DNA of 64,000 nucleotides. Source: Bordetella parapertussis. Lineage in GTDB: Bacteria; Pseudomonadota; Gammaproteobacteria; Burkholderiales; SG8-41. The position numbers were made by a program, and so were the translations under genes. Below are positions 10,773-19,677 of the stretch, piece after piece. The number at the start of each line of letters is the position of its first letter. Within the stretch, counting starts at the first letter, position 1. The stretch covers positions 1,584 to 65,583 of the forward strand of contig CAMDRT010000015.1 of the NCBI GenBank assembly GCA_945906815.1, given 5' to 3'. Under the pieces are notes generated by a model that worked only from the letters and a program-made list of their open reading frames with translations, did no database searches and was not told where the DNA came from.

Positions 10773-13748
10773 ATGAGGCAAGCCACGCGGTTTTTGTGTG
10801 CTGCAGTTGTGCTATTTGCGGCATCGGGATGTGCGGGTCTCATTTACGAATCCATCTGGGCCCGATACCTTAAGTTATTCCTCGGCCACGCCGCCTATGC
10901 ACAGACCATGGTGCTGTGCCTATTCATGGGCGGGCTGGCGCTGGGCGCTGCCGTCGCGGCCAAGTATGCGGAAAAAATCCGCAATCCGCTGCTGCTGTAC
11001 GCTGCGGTTGAACTCGCCATCGGCCTGTCAGGACTGATTTTCCATGACATTTTTACCTGGGCCATGGCATTTCACTACACCCATTTGCTGCCACTTTCCA
11101 CTGACCCGCTGATCGTCAATGTGATCCAGTTCGCACTGGCGCTGCTGTTGATGGGTCCGCCAACGATCCTATTGGGCACCACCTTCCCGTTAATGACTTC
11201 TGCTGTACTGCGCACCTTACCTGCCGCATCGGGCGACAAGATCGCATTACTCTATTTTTCAAACAGTATAGGCGCAGCCGCCGGCGTGCTGGCAAGCGCG
11301 TTCCTGCTGATAGCGTGGAGCGGATTGCCCGGCACCCTGTTCACGGCAGCACTCATCAATATCGGGGTAGCCCTTTTTGCCTGGCTGTTGGCGAGATCCA
11401 CCCCGGCCACGAATACGCCTGCGCAGGGGCACAAAACCAGCCCTGCCGGTGGAGGGTCCGCGGCCTCTGTGTTACTGCTCGCGACAGCGCTGTTTACCGG
11501 ACTTGCCTCGTTGGTGTACGAGGTGACCTGGGTGCGGATGCTCAGTCTGGTGCTGGGTGCATCCACCCATTCGTTTGAACTGATGCTCAGCGCCTTTATC
11601 ACGGGATTAGCCCTCGGCAGTTTAGCGATTCGGCGATGGATTTCGCGTATCGATGCTCCCTATCGATTTCTGGGCTACGTGCAAGTCCTCATGGGTGTGT
11701 TTGCACTGGGCTCATTATGGGTGTACGGCGAGTCGTTTGAGTGGATGGGCAGCTTGATGCAAGGTATTGCCCGCACCGATCAGGGCTATACGATCTACCT
11801 GATAGCGAGCCACCTGTTGTGCTTCGTGGTGATGCTGCCCACCACCTTCATGGCGGGCATGACACTGCCGCTGCTTACCCATGGCTTGCTACGCGAAGGC
11901 TATGGCGAGCGTTCTATAGGCGCGGTGTACGCCTGGAACACGCTGGGTAGCATCGGCGGCGTGCTGCTGGCGATACATGTACTGATACCCGAGCTGGGTC
12001 TAAAAGCAGCGCTGATAGTGGGGGCGGGCGTGGATATGTTGACTGGCATCGCCCTGCTGTGCGTGGCCGCGGGCACGCTGTTCGAGCCGCTCATAGCAAC
12101 CGCAGCGGCCTTGCTGATAGTGAGCGTATCAGCCTGGGGCATCGTGCTGGATCCGCGCAAGTTGAGTTCCGGCGTTTACCGCTACGCACGCGCGCAGGTG
12201 CTCAGCAATACTGAAGTCATTTCCCATCGCGACGGCAAAACAGCGAGCATTTCGTTGCTGCGCGTGGGCGACCAGCGCTCGCTATTGACCAATGGCAAAC
12301 CGGATGCCTCGATCAAACCCTACTCCGGGCGCCCGGCCCCCGATGAAGTGACCGGGGTGCTGCTTGCGGGTTTGGGTATGCTGCATCACCCGCAGGCCCG
12401 CAGCGCTGCCAATATCGGTCTGGGTTCAGGCGTGACCACACGCATGCTACTCAAGAATCCGCGCTTGCAGTCGGTAGACACCATTGAAATTGAGGCACAG
12501 ATGGTGTCGACAGTGCGCCAATTAAGCGATCAGGTCGGTGAAATTTTTTCCGACCCGCGCAGCCGGATAATCATTGACGACGCGAAGAGTTACTTCGCTG
12601 CTAACCGTTCACGTTACGACCTGATTATTGCGGAACCTTCAAATCCGTGGGTGAGTGGCGTGGCGTCACTCTTTACCGCCGAATTTTATCGCGGCATGCT
12701 AAAGCACATGACGGATGACGGCGTATTCGTGCAGTGGATGCAGACGTATGAGACGGACTACCCGTCGATTTCTTCCGTGATGCGCGCTTTGGGGAGCGCA
12801 TTTCCAAACTACACCGTGTATTCGCCTATAGACGGCGATATCCTGATTGTCGCCTGGAAAAACACACGTCCGCGTGAGCCGGATACCGCATTGTTAGTCT
12901 GGCCCGGTCTCAAGGCAGAATTCACTCGCGTTGGCGTTGAGACCCTGCCGGACCTCGAAGCGTTACGCATAGGCGGTCGGGCGCTGCTGGCGCCCTTAAT
13001 GGCGTCCATTCCAGCAGCGGAGAATTCAGACTATTACCCGTTTCTGGACAGTCGCGCAGCACGCGCCCGTGTTGCGCCTGGCAAGGGCGCCACGCTCGAT
13101 GTTACGCGGTTGGGCGCCTTGCCCTTGGCATCCCTGCTGGAAAGGCGTGCCCCCCCTTACACAGAGACCCGCATGTCAAAATACGCCTACACCACCAAGG
13201 GCATCGCAATGCAAAATGCGCAGGCGCTGCTCCAAGGGCTGATGCCTGTAAAAAGCGCGACGCAACCCCACACCATCAACCGGCTGCAGCTGACTATCCT
13301 GAACGCGTTCTGCAGCGCATCCACTGCGGTTCATCGGGACGATGCGCTGAATGCGTTGCTGGATCTCATCGAAGCCACTGTGCCGTACCTCACGACGACG
13401 GAAGCGCAGCAGATTCTCACGCAACTGCAGCGGGGAAATTGTTTGGCGCGCATCGGCGCCAACGTCGAAACCTACGTAGCGCTACTGGCGCATGCGCTAA
13501 ATCGTAACGGCACAGACATGCGGCAAACAGGTGAGCGCTTACTGAGCCTGAACCCCGCTAACGACGCTAAGGCCGACCGCATGTCCGTGCTGGCGCTGGA
13601 TGCTGCGATGGTGGGCGCAATCCTCGAGGGCAAGCCGCGCGTTGCCACTGCGTTATGGCAAACACATGGCAGCAAAACGGCAGGGGTGCGCCCAGTACCG
13701 CTGGGCATAGAACTGACGCTCGCGCTGGCTGTGCCGCAACGGCAATAA
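10773..13748 (+). CDS. fused polytopic membrane / spermidine-synthase-like (aminopropyltransferase fold) protein with a long C-terminal extension
   Basis: A 991-aa ORF with about 12 N-terminal TM helices, then NIGLGSGVT...YDLIIAEPSNPWVSGVASLFTAEFY, the spermidine synthase family signature. The C-terminal ~300 aa are unassigned. Confidence 0.7.
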   Translation: MRQATRFLCAAVVLFAASGCAGLIYESIWARYLKLFLGHAAYAQTMVLCLFMGGLALGAAVAAKYAEKIRNPLLLYAAVELAIGLSGLIFHDIFTWAMAFHYTHLLPLSTDPLIVNVIQFALALLLMGPPTILLGTTFPLMTSAVLRTLPAASGDKIALLYFSNSIGAAAGVLASAFLLIAWSGLPGTLFTAALINIGVALFAWLLARSTPATNTPAQGHKTSPAGGGSAASVLLLATALFTGLASLVYEVTWVRMLSLVLGASTHSFELMLSAFITGLALGSLAIRRWISRIDAPYRFLGYVQVLMGVFALGSLWVYGESFEWMGSLMQGIARTDQGYTIYLIASHLLCFVVMLPTTFMAGMTLPLLTHGLLREGYGERSIGAVYAWNTLGSIGGVLLAIHVLIPELGLKAALIVGAGVDMLTGIALLCVAAGTLFEPLIATAAALLIVSVSAWGIVLDPRKLSSGVYRYARAQVLSNTEVISHRDGKTASISLLRVGDQRSLLTNGKPDASIKPYSGRPAPDEVTGVLLAGLGMLHHPQARSAANIGLGSGVTTRMLLKNPRLQSVDTIEIEAQMVSTVRQLSDQVGEIFSDPRSRIIIDDAKSYFAANRSRYDLIIAEPSNPWVSGVASLFTAEFYRGMLKHMTDDGVFVQWMQTYETDYPSISSVMRALGSAFPNYTVYSPIDGDILIVAWKNTRPREPDTALLVWPGLKAEFTRVGVETLPDLEALRIGGRALLAPLMASIPAAENSDYYPFLDSRAARARVAPGKGATLDVTRLGALPLASLLERRAPPYTETRMSKYAYTTKGIAMQNAQALLQGLMPVKSATQPHTINRLQLTILNAFCSASTAVHRDDALNALLDLIEATVPYLTTTEAQQILTQLQRGNCLARIGANVETYVALLAHALNRNGTDMRQTGERLLSLNPANDAKADRMSVLALDAAMVGAILEGKPRVATALWQTHGSKTAGVRPVPLGIELTLALAVPQRQ

Positions 13749-13768
13749 AGCCTGTGCGTGCTCGCGCG

Positions 13769-15220
13769 CTAAGGCTTTTCCTTGCGCCTGCTGTCCTTGC
13801 GTTCTTCCGCGTCTAGTCGCCGTAACTCGCGCATGCGTGCTTCGGCAGCCGACAACTGGTAGTAATCACCGTCCCCCGCTTTAAGGCCCAACTGCAATTG
13901 TTCGACTGCGGCGGTGAGGCTGCCCAGATGCACATAAGCCTCAGCCTGCGCGCGGTGATGCGCGAGACGTCTGTCAAGCATGGCGTAGGCGCGGGACTGA
14001 AACTGATAAAGGCGATAGTCGCCCACATGGGTGGCGAGGCGCGACTCCACCACTTTCAGCGCCTCATGTGGATTGCGCTGTTGCAGCAGCGCTTCGGCAA
14101 ACGCGTAGGCGAGCGCACGATGGCCAGGATGCACTTGCAGCGCATCGCGAAGACAGATCAAGGCATCTGCCTCGCCGCCGGCAAGCTTGATGCGGCAGCC
14201 AAGCAAATCCACCGTCGGGTGCTGCTTCAACAAAGCCTTCAGTGCGGCGAATTCCTTGCGCGCACCGCCGACATCGCTAAAGCGCAGCAACGCTGCGCTC
14301 AATCCGTAACGCGCCCCGGCCTCGGAAAGATGGCGCTTTTCGGCGAGCAGTTCGCGGAAATAGGCGATGCTTACGCTTGGCGGCTCCAGTTCGGCTTTGA
14401 GCTTGGCGCGCATCAAGTGAAACTCTATCGGATCGGCCACCTGACGGTATGGCAGGTTGGCCGAACGGCCCTGCATATCGGCCAAGCGTTCGTAGGTGAG
14501 CGGATGCGTGCGCAGAAAAGACGGTGCGCCACCCTCGTACAAGCGCGTGGCGCGCTGCAGGCGCTCAAAGAAAAGACTCATGCCATGGGGGTCGAAGCCC
14601 GATTTTTCGAGCATGTGCAGACCCACACGGTCGGCTTCACGCTCGAAATCCCGTGAGAAATTAAGTTGTTGCTGAATCGCCAGCGCGGGACCTGCGGCAG
14701 CGGCAGCTTCCGCCAATTGAGAATTGGAACGCGCGGCGAGTATGGCGACGGCCATAGCGGCCAGCGATATCCATTGATTCGACTGTTGCGTGGAAATCAT
14801 GCGCGCAATGTGACGCTGCGTCACGTGCGCGATTTCGTGGGCCATCACGCTCGCCATTTCAGATTCGCTTTGTGCGGCAACGATCAATCCCGTGTGCAGG
14901 CCGATGTGTCCGCCCGGCAGCGCAAAAGCGTTGATCTGCGGATCGCGTAGCAGGAAAAATTCAAATGCCTGCCGCGTATCGCCGCCGTGCGATGCAAGCC
15001 GGTTGCCCACGCGTGTGATGTAGTCAGTGACTTCCGCGTCGTCATAATAGCCGGGATCGCGGCGCACCTCTTTCATGATGCTTAGCCCCAACTGGCGTTC
15101 CTGCAACGGCGTCAGCGCCGATTGCGACGGCTCACCCAGTTCGGGCAGGCTCTGCGCCGGCACGGCAGGCCATGTGGATAGTGCGAACAACAAAGCAGCC
15201 GGAATGTGACGCGCGCGCAT
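13769..15220 (-). CDS. bepA: M48 metalloprotease with TPR C-terminus (BepA/YfgC-like)
   Basis: It has the HEIAHVTQRH zinc motif, a signal peptide MRARHIPAALLFALSTWPAVPAQS from ATG 15220, and a TPR-like C-terminal half. Confidence 0.75.
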   Translation of the reverse strand: MRARHIPAALLFALSTWPAVPAQSLPELGEPSQSALTPLQERQLGLSIMKEVRRDPGYYDDAEVTDYITRVGNRLASHGGDTRQAFEFFLLRDPQINAFALPGGHIGLHTGLIVAAQSESEMASVMAHEIAHVTQRHIARMISTQQSNQWISLAAMAVAILAARSNSQLAEAAAAAGPALAIQQQLNFSRDFEREADRVGLHMLEKSGFDPHGMSLFFERLQRATRLYEGGAPSFLRTHPLTYERLADMQGRSANLPYRQVADPIEFHLMRAKLKAELEPPSVSIAYFRELLAEKRHLSEAGARYGLSAALLRFSDVGGARKEFAALKALLKQHPTVDLLGCRIKLAGGEADALICLRDALQVHPGHRALAYAFAEALLQQRNPHEALKVVESRLATHVGDYRLYQFQSRAYAMLDRRLAHHRAQAEAYVHLGSLTAAVEQLQLGLKAGDGDYYQLSAAEARMRELRRLDAEERKDSRRKEKP

Positions 15221-15288
15221 AATGCTATGATAAGCGTTCTTTGCAACGAGCACAGTTGCTGTGTTGCGGGCACCAGGGCAAGATTCCC

Positions 15289-15819
15289 ATGAACAAACTC
15301 ACACACTTTGGCGCACACGGCCAGGCGCATATGGTGGATGTCGCCGCCAAGCAGGAAACGCATCGCGTGGCGCGCGCGGCGGGACGCATACGGATGTTAC
15401 CGGCGACGCTGGCGCTGATTGCGGCGGGCGACGCGAAAAAAGGGGATGTAATCGGCATTGCGCGTATTGCGGCGATACAGGCGGCTAAGCGTACGGCGGA
15501 TTGGATTCCATTGTGTCATCCGCTGGCCCTGACACATGTAGATGTGGCATTCAAACTTGACCGGCTAGCGGTCGCCGTTGACTGCATCGCCACGGTGGAA
15601 ACACGCGGGCGCACGGGTGTTGAAATGGAAGCGCTGACGGCGGTCACTGCCGCGCTGCTGACCATTTACGATATGTGCAAAGCGGTGGATCGTGGCATGG
15701 GCCTGGAAAGCATTGTGCTGCTTGAAAAAAGTGGTGGGAAATCCGGCACCTGGACAAGACCTCTGACGCCGGGCCGCGCGCCCAGAAAATCTGCTGCAGT
15801 GAGGCGCACCGGGCGCTAG
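15289..15819 (+). CDS. moaC: cyclic pyranopterin monophosphate synthase
   Basis: [28 protein letters not shown]...IPLCHPL...GVEMEALTA...IYDMCKA is collinear with MoaC. ATG 15289 is preferred. Confidence 0.9.
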   Translation: MNKLTHFGAHGQAHMVDVAAKQETHRVARAAGRIRMLPATLALIAAGDAKKGDVIGIARIAAIQAAKRTADWIPLCHPLALTHVDVAFKLDRLAVAVDCIATVETRGRTGVEMEALTAVTAALLTIYDMCKAVDRGMGLESIVLLEKSGGKSGTWTRPLTPGRAPRKSAAVRRTGR

Positions 15820-15821
15820 CC

Positions 15822-16580
15822 TCAGTGCGCTTGCTTCGCCTTGATCGGCGTACCGCTCTTGAAGGGCGCGATGCCAACAACGGCTGCAGTTTTTGCATCG
15901 ATGATGACAACGAATTCCGCTGCATGGATGCGGATGGGTTGAAATTTCGCGGACGACTCCCGGTAGCCGCGCTGCGCGAGCCAGGCGTCTATCTCCGCGG
16001 TCTGCGTCGCGTTGGTTTTCTTAAGCTCTGCGATGGACTGCGCACGCTCCAGCAATTCTTTCGCCATCGTTTCGTAAGCGACGTGTACCTGTGGTAAATG
16101 CCCACGCCCAAAGCCTAACTCTTCGAGGTAGTTGGCGGCATAGGTATCTGCGCTAGCCGTGGGCGCCTGGGTGCCCACCCAACGCGGCCCCCACCAGGGC
16201 AGTGTCGTGTTTGCTTTTTCCAGATTGGCATCAGTGACTTCGGTGGCCTGGATGACCTGAAACTTGTCGCCCAGAGCCGCGACGTACACCGGACGAGCTT
16301 CGAGCAGCGTGCTGACGCCATATTCCAGAGCCAGTATCTGTAGCAGCGCGATCATCGCAAGATCGAATTTTAAGTTTTTCTTGCCCGTTTTAAAGACCAC
16401 CAGGGTCAACAGCGGGCCGATAACGACATCGATGCCCACAATCAACAGAAAAATTTCATGCCCGCCTATGGCCAGCAGCATCGGCGCGGGGTACCACACG
16501 AACCAGCAAACAGCCAACAGTAGCAGCCCGACGATCAGGCTGATTACAAAATGAATGCCACTGGCGCGAATTCTGGACAT
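15822..16580 (-). CDS. type IV pilin accessory protein (TfpZ/FimB-like)
   Basis: A 252-aa ORF immediately downstream of the pilins. The N-terminus MSRIRASGIHFVISLIVGLLLLAVCWFVWYPAP...GPLLTLVVFKTGKKNLKFD resembles TfpZ/FimB accessory proteins as I recall them; this is unverified. Confidence 0.5.
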   Translation of the reverse strand: MSRIRASGIHFVISLIVGLLLLAVCWFVWYPAPMLLAIGGHEIFLLIVGIDVVIGPLLTLVVFKTGKKNLKFDLAMIALLQILALEYGVSTLLEARPVYVAALGDKFQVIQATEVTDANLEKANTTLPWWGPRWVGTQAPTASADTYAANYLEELGFGRGHLPQVHVAYETMAKELLERAQSIAELKKTNATQTAEIDAWLAQRGYRESSAKFQPIRIHAAEFVVIIDAKTAAVVGIAPFKSGTPIKAKQAH

Positions 16581-16612
16581 GACAACTACAGGGTTAAGGC
16601 AGGCGTCTGAAT

Positions 16613-16646
16613 AAAAAACCCTCTCCCGCCTTGCGGCGGGAGAGGG
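16613..16646 (-). terminator. rho-independent terminator or attenuator after pilin gene 1
   Basis: A 12-bp GC stem (CCCTCTCCCGCC-TTGC-GGCGGGAGAGGG, 16619-16646) is followed on the minus strand by UUUUUU (A-run 16613-18). It lies between the pilin stop (16761) and the tfpZ-like start (16580). Confidence 0.7.
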
Positions 16647-16760
16647 CGGAGTGTAGATAGAGAAACCCTGTCACGGCCCTGCGCTGACCCCGCTAGCGGG
16701 ATGAGGGCAAGGTGTTAGTGGTTAACTATAGATGCACCCTATTGCATTAGACACCCGTGG

Positions 16761-17201
16761 TTACGGGCAATCACCCGCGCCTGACTTAAAGCCTCGCGTC
16801 GCATTACAAACCGTACCCGTGTTCGTCCACAGCATATTGGCACCACCAGCAGGGATCGTCGGTGTGTTTATGGTTGTAAGTTTCGTGCCGTCAGTTAGCG
16901 TTGCGCCGGTCGTGATAGTAATAACGCCGTTAGTCACCGAGGTTACAGTCGTAATATTTTTAGTGGCGGTTATAGTGGGAATGGCGTTACTGGCGGCATT
17001 ACAACCGGTAAGCGTGCCGATATCGCTGGCACAAACACCGATGGCTTGCCGGGTAGATGCAATTTCCGCAGCAGAGCCGGCGGCGCGGGTGCGGGAAGTG
17101 TAGTCACCGTATTGGGGAATTGCGATGGCCGCCAGAATACCAATAATTGCCACCACGATCATCAGCTCGATCAGGGTAAAACCTTTTTGCATACGTGTCA
17201 T
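16761..17201 (-). CDS. pilA: type IVa major pilin (copy 1)
   Basis: [31 protein letters not shown] is a class III signal peptide with a G/F cleavage site and Glu5. There are four Cys, including the C-terminal C...C loop ([14 protein letters not shown]). Confidence 0.9.
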   Translation of the reverse strand: MTRMQKGFTLIELMIVVAIIGILAAIAIPQYGDYTSRTRAAGSAAEIASTRQAIGVCASDIGTLTGCNAASNAIPTITATKNITTVTSVTNGVITITTGATLTDGTKLTTINTPTIPAGGANMLWTNTGTVCNATRGFKSGAGDCP

Positions 17202-17259
17202 AAAAATTCTCCGTTATGGTTAGACAACAATACCAACTCTCGTTTACGTGCAACACTAA

Positions 17260-17275
17260 AGCAATTGCAATGCCA
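17260..17275 (-). promoter_or_regulatory. sigma-54 (-24/-12) promoter candidate for pilin copy 1
   Basis: The minus strand reads TGGCATTGCAATTGCT, which fits GG-N10-GC and closely matches TGGCAC-N5-TTGCW. It lies ~60 nt upstream of ATG 17201 and 9 nt after the stop of copy 2. Confidence 0.5.
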
Positions 17276-17283
17276 ACCCTAGG

Positions 17284-17721
17284 TTACGGGCAATCACCAG
17301 CACCTGCTTTAAAGCCTCGCGTCGCATTGCACGCTGTGCCCGTGTTCGTCCACAGCAAATTGGCGCCAGCAGCAGGCAGTGTCGGTGTATCAATAGTGGT
17401 AAGGTTTGCCCCTGCGTTGGTGGCGCCCGTAGTAATCCGAATCACGCCGTTAGTCACAGAGGTTACCACCGTAATATTTTTAGTGACGGATATTGTGGGA
17501 ATGGCGTTGGTACCGGCATTGCAACCGGTAAGCGTGGCAAGATCGCCGGCACAAACACCGATTGCACTCCGGGTAGACGCCAGTTCCGCTGCCGACGCAG
17601 CCGCCCGGGCGCGCGAAGAGTAATCACCATATTGAGGGATCGCAATCGCCGCCAGAATGCCAATAATCGCGACCACGATCATCAGTTCAATCAGGGTAAA
17701 ACCTTGTTGCATGCGGTTCAT
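17284..17721 (-). CDS. pilA: type IVa major pilin (copy 2, tandem paralog)
   Basis: [31 protein letters not shown] from ATG 17721, with GGGGGA upstream. It is about four-fifths identical to copy 1 by hand alignment, with one indel. Confidence 0.9.
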   Translation of the reverse strand: MNRMQQGFTLIELMIVVAIIGILAAIAIPQYGDYSSRARAAASAAELASTRSAIGVCAGDLATLTGCNAGTNAIPTISVTKNITVVTSVTNGVIRITTGATNAGANLTTIDTPTLPAAGANLLWTNTGTACNATRGFKAGAGDCP

Positions 17722-17773
17722 TAATAATCCCCCATTAATTTTTGATAGCCATACCCACTCGCGTTTAGGAACG

Positions 17774-17789
17774 TGCAATGCTAATGCCG
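17774..17789 (-). promoter_or_regulatory. sigma-54 (-24/-12) promoter candidate for pilin copy 2
   Basis: The minus strand reads CGGCATTAGCATTGCA, which fits GG-N10-GC with a TTGCA -12 element. It lies ~55 nt upstream of ATG 17721. Confidence 0.45.
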
Positions 17790-18041
17790 AGTCGTACACA
17801 ACATATGCATATACAAATAGATCCCATAATGCCAGAACAAATCTATTTTTCAGAACTATTTTTCTCCGGGCTTTTCCTCTGAATTACTGTTTTTAGGCCC
17901 AGCGTATGCGTAATAACGTAGCACCAAAACCACCTTGTGGACTTACGCGGCAGCTGTTAGCCAACTACGCCGCCTAGCCTGTAAATTCCAGCGCCCATTC
18001 AGGGCGTACCGTGACAATTTTTGTCACATCGAGGCATAACC

Positions 18042-19661
18042 TCAAGCCACAGGTGGTGGCACGTAACCCGGCACCTTGCTCAAATCCACATGATCAATTT
18101 GCTCCGGCGACATATATTGCAGCGCGTAGGCTTCGTACACCCTCTCCCACATGAAAATATCGAATAAATCCGGGTCTATATGCTGCCCCAGCTTCATTTT
18201 TCCCAGGATACTGAGCGATTCGGTGAGCGTTTTACCCTTTTTGTAGGGCCGGTCTTTGGCGGTCAGCGCCTCGAAAATGTCGGCGATGCCCATGCAACGC
18301 GCCTGCACCGACATTTGCGCGCGGGTCAGGCCGCGCGGGTAACCCTTGCCGTCCATGCGCTCGTGGTGGCCGCCTGCGTATTCGGGCACGTTGGCAAGGT
18401 GCTTGGGCCAGGGCAGCGCTTCCAGCATCTTGATGGTGACCTCAATATGGTGGTTGATGACGGTGCGCTCTTCCATCGTTAGGGTGCCCGCGCGTATGGT
18501 CATATTTTTGACTTCGTCATCGGACAAAAAACTGCATTCGTTCCCCGCCGGATCCATCCAGCGGTATGCGCTTGCAATGTGCTTGACGCGTTCCACGTCC
18601 TCGTCGCGCATGAACTCGCCGCCGATGTTGGTGTGGCGCAAGAAAGCGCGATCGTCGTCTATCGACTGGTATGTTGCTTCGAGTTGCGCCGCGCTTAACT
18701 GCCCGCTCAAGACGCCTATCCGCAGGTCGCGCTTGACGACCTCGAAGCGGGTATCCAGCAAGTTGATCCGGTCGTAAATCGTTTCCAGCTTGGTCGCTTT
18801 GTCCACCACATGCACCGGTGTGGTGATCTTGCCGCAATCGTGCAACAGACCCGCGATGCGCAATTCATAGCGGTCGCGTTCGGTCATCGTAAAACTCTTG
18901 AGCGGGCCGACGTTGGATTTGGTCACTGCGTCGGCCAGCATCATGGTGAGCTCGGGAACGCGATTGCAGTGCCCGCCGGTATACGGTGATTTATCATCAA
19001 TCGCGGTATTGATCAGGCTGATGAACGATTCAAACAGCTCTTCCAGATGATTAATCAGCAGGCGCTGGGTTAGCGCAATCGCTGCCTGCGAGGCCAGCGA
19101 TTCCGCCAGCCGTTGGTCCACCGCAGAGAACGGCTGCACTTTCCCGTTGTCTCTGTCTTTGGCATTGATCAGCTGCAGCACACCGATGATTTCGTTTTCA
19201 TGGTTCTTCATCGGCACCGTCAGAAAAGACTGCGAGCGGTAACCGGTCTTGGTGTCGAATGCTTTCATGCCGCTGAAATCGAACCCCATCTCGGTGTAGG
19301 CGTCGGCGATATTGACCGAGCAGTCTTTGTGGACGGCATACGTCGCCACCATGTGCAGATTGGGCTTGCCCTCGTCCGTAAACAAGTGGATCGGGTAAAA
19401 CGGAATCTCGACGCCGGTAGTCCCGCCCATCGCGATGCCCAGCGTATCGTTGCGCACAATATCGAACTTGAGCATATGGTCGTCGGCCATATGGTAGAGC
19501 GTGCCGCCATCCGCGTGGGTGACGTCTTTCGCCGCCAGCAAGATGGCCTCCAGCAGCTTGTTGATATCACGCTCGCGCGACAGCGCAACACCAATGCCCA
19601 GCAGTTGTTCGAAGCGGCCGGAAAGATCCGTGTGATCCGGCGCGGGCAGGCTTGGGTTCAT
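18042..19661 (-). CDS. GAF-domain HD-GYP phosphohydrolase (c-di-GMP phosphodiesterase type)
   Basis: An N-terminal GAF domain (..DTKTGYRSQSFLTVPMKNHENEIIGVLQLINAKD) is followed by an HD domain (LLHDCGK) and GGHHERMDGKGYPRGL. ATG 19661 (MNPSLPAP) avoids overlap with the upstream gene; GTG 19697 is an alternative start. Confidence 0.85.
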   Translation of the reverse strand: MNPSLPAPDHTDLSGRFEQLLGIGVALSRERDINKLLEAILLAAKDVTHADGGTLYHMADDHMLKFDIVRNDTLGIAMGGTTGVEIPFYPIHLFTDEGKPNLHMVATYAVHKDCSVNIADAYTEMGFDFSGMKAFDTKTGYRSQSFLTVPMKNHENEIIGVLQLINAKDRDNGKVQPFSAVDQRLAESLASQAAIALTQRLLINHLEELFESFISLINTAIDDKSPYTGGHCNRVPELTMMLADAVTKSNVGPLKSFTMTERDRYELRIAGLLHDCGKITTPVHVVDKATKLETIYDRINLLDTRFEVVKRDLRIGVLSGQLSAAQLEATYQSIDDDRAFLRHTNIGGEFMRDEDVERVKHIASAYRWMDPAGNECSFLSDDEVKNMTIRAGTLTMEERTVINHHIEVTIKMLEALPWPKHLANVPEYAGGHHERMDGKGYPRGLTRAQMSVQARCMGIADIFEALTAKDRPYKKGKTLTESLSILGKMKLGQHIDPDLFDIFMWERVYEAYALQYMSPEQIDHVDLSKVPGYVPPPVA

Positions 19662-19677
19662 GCTGGCGTTATCTCGC

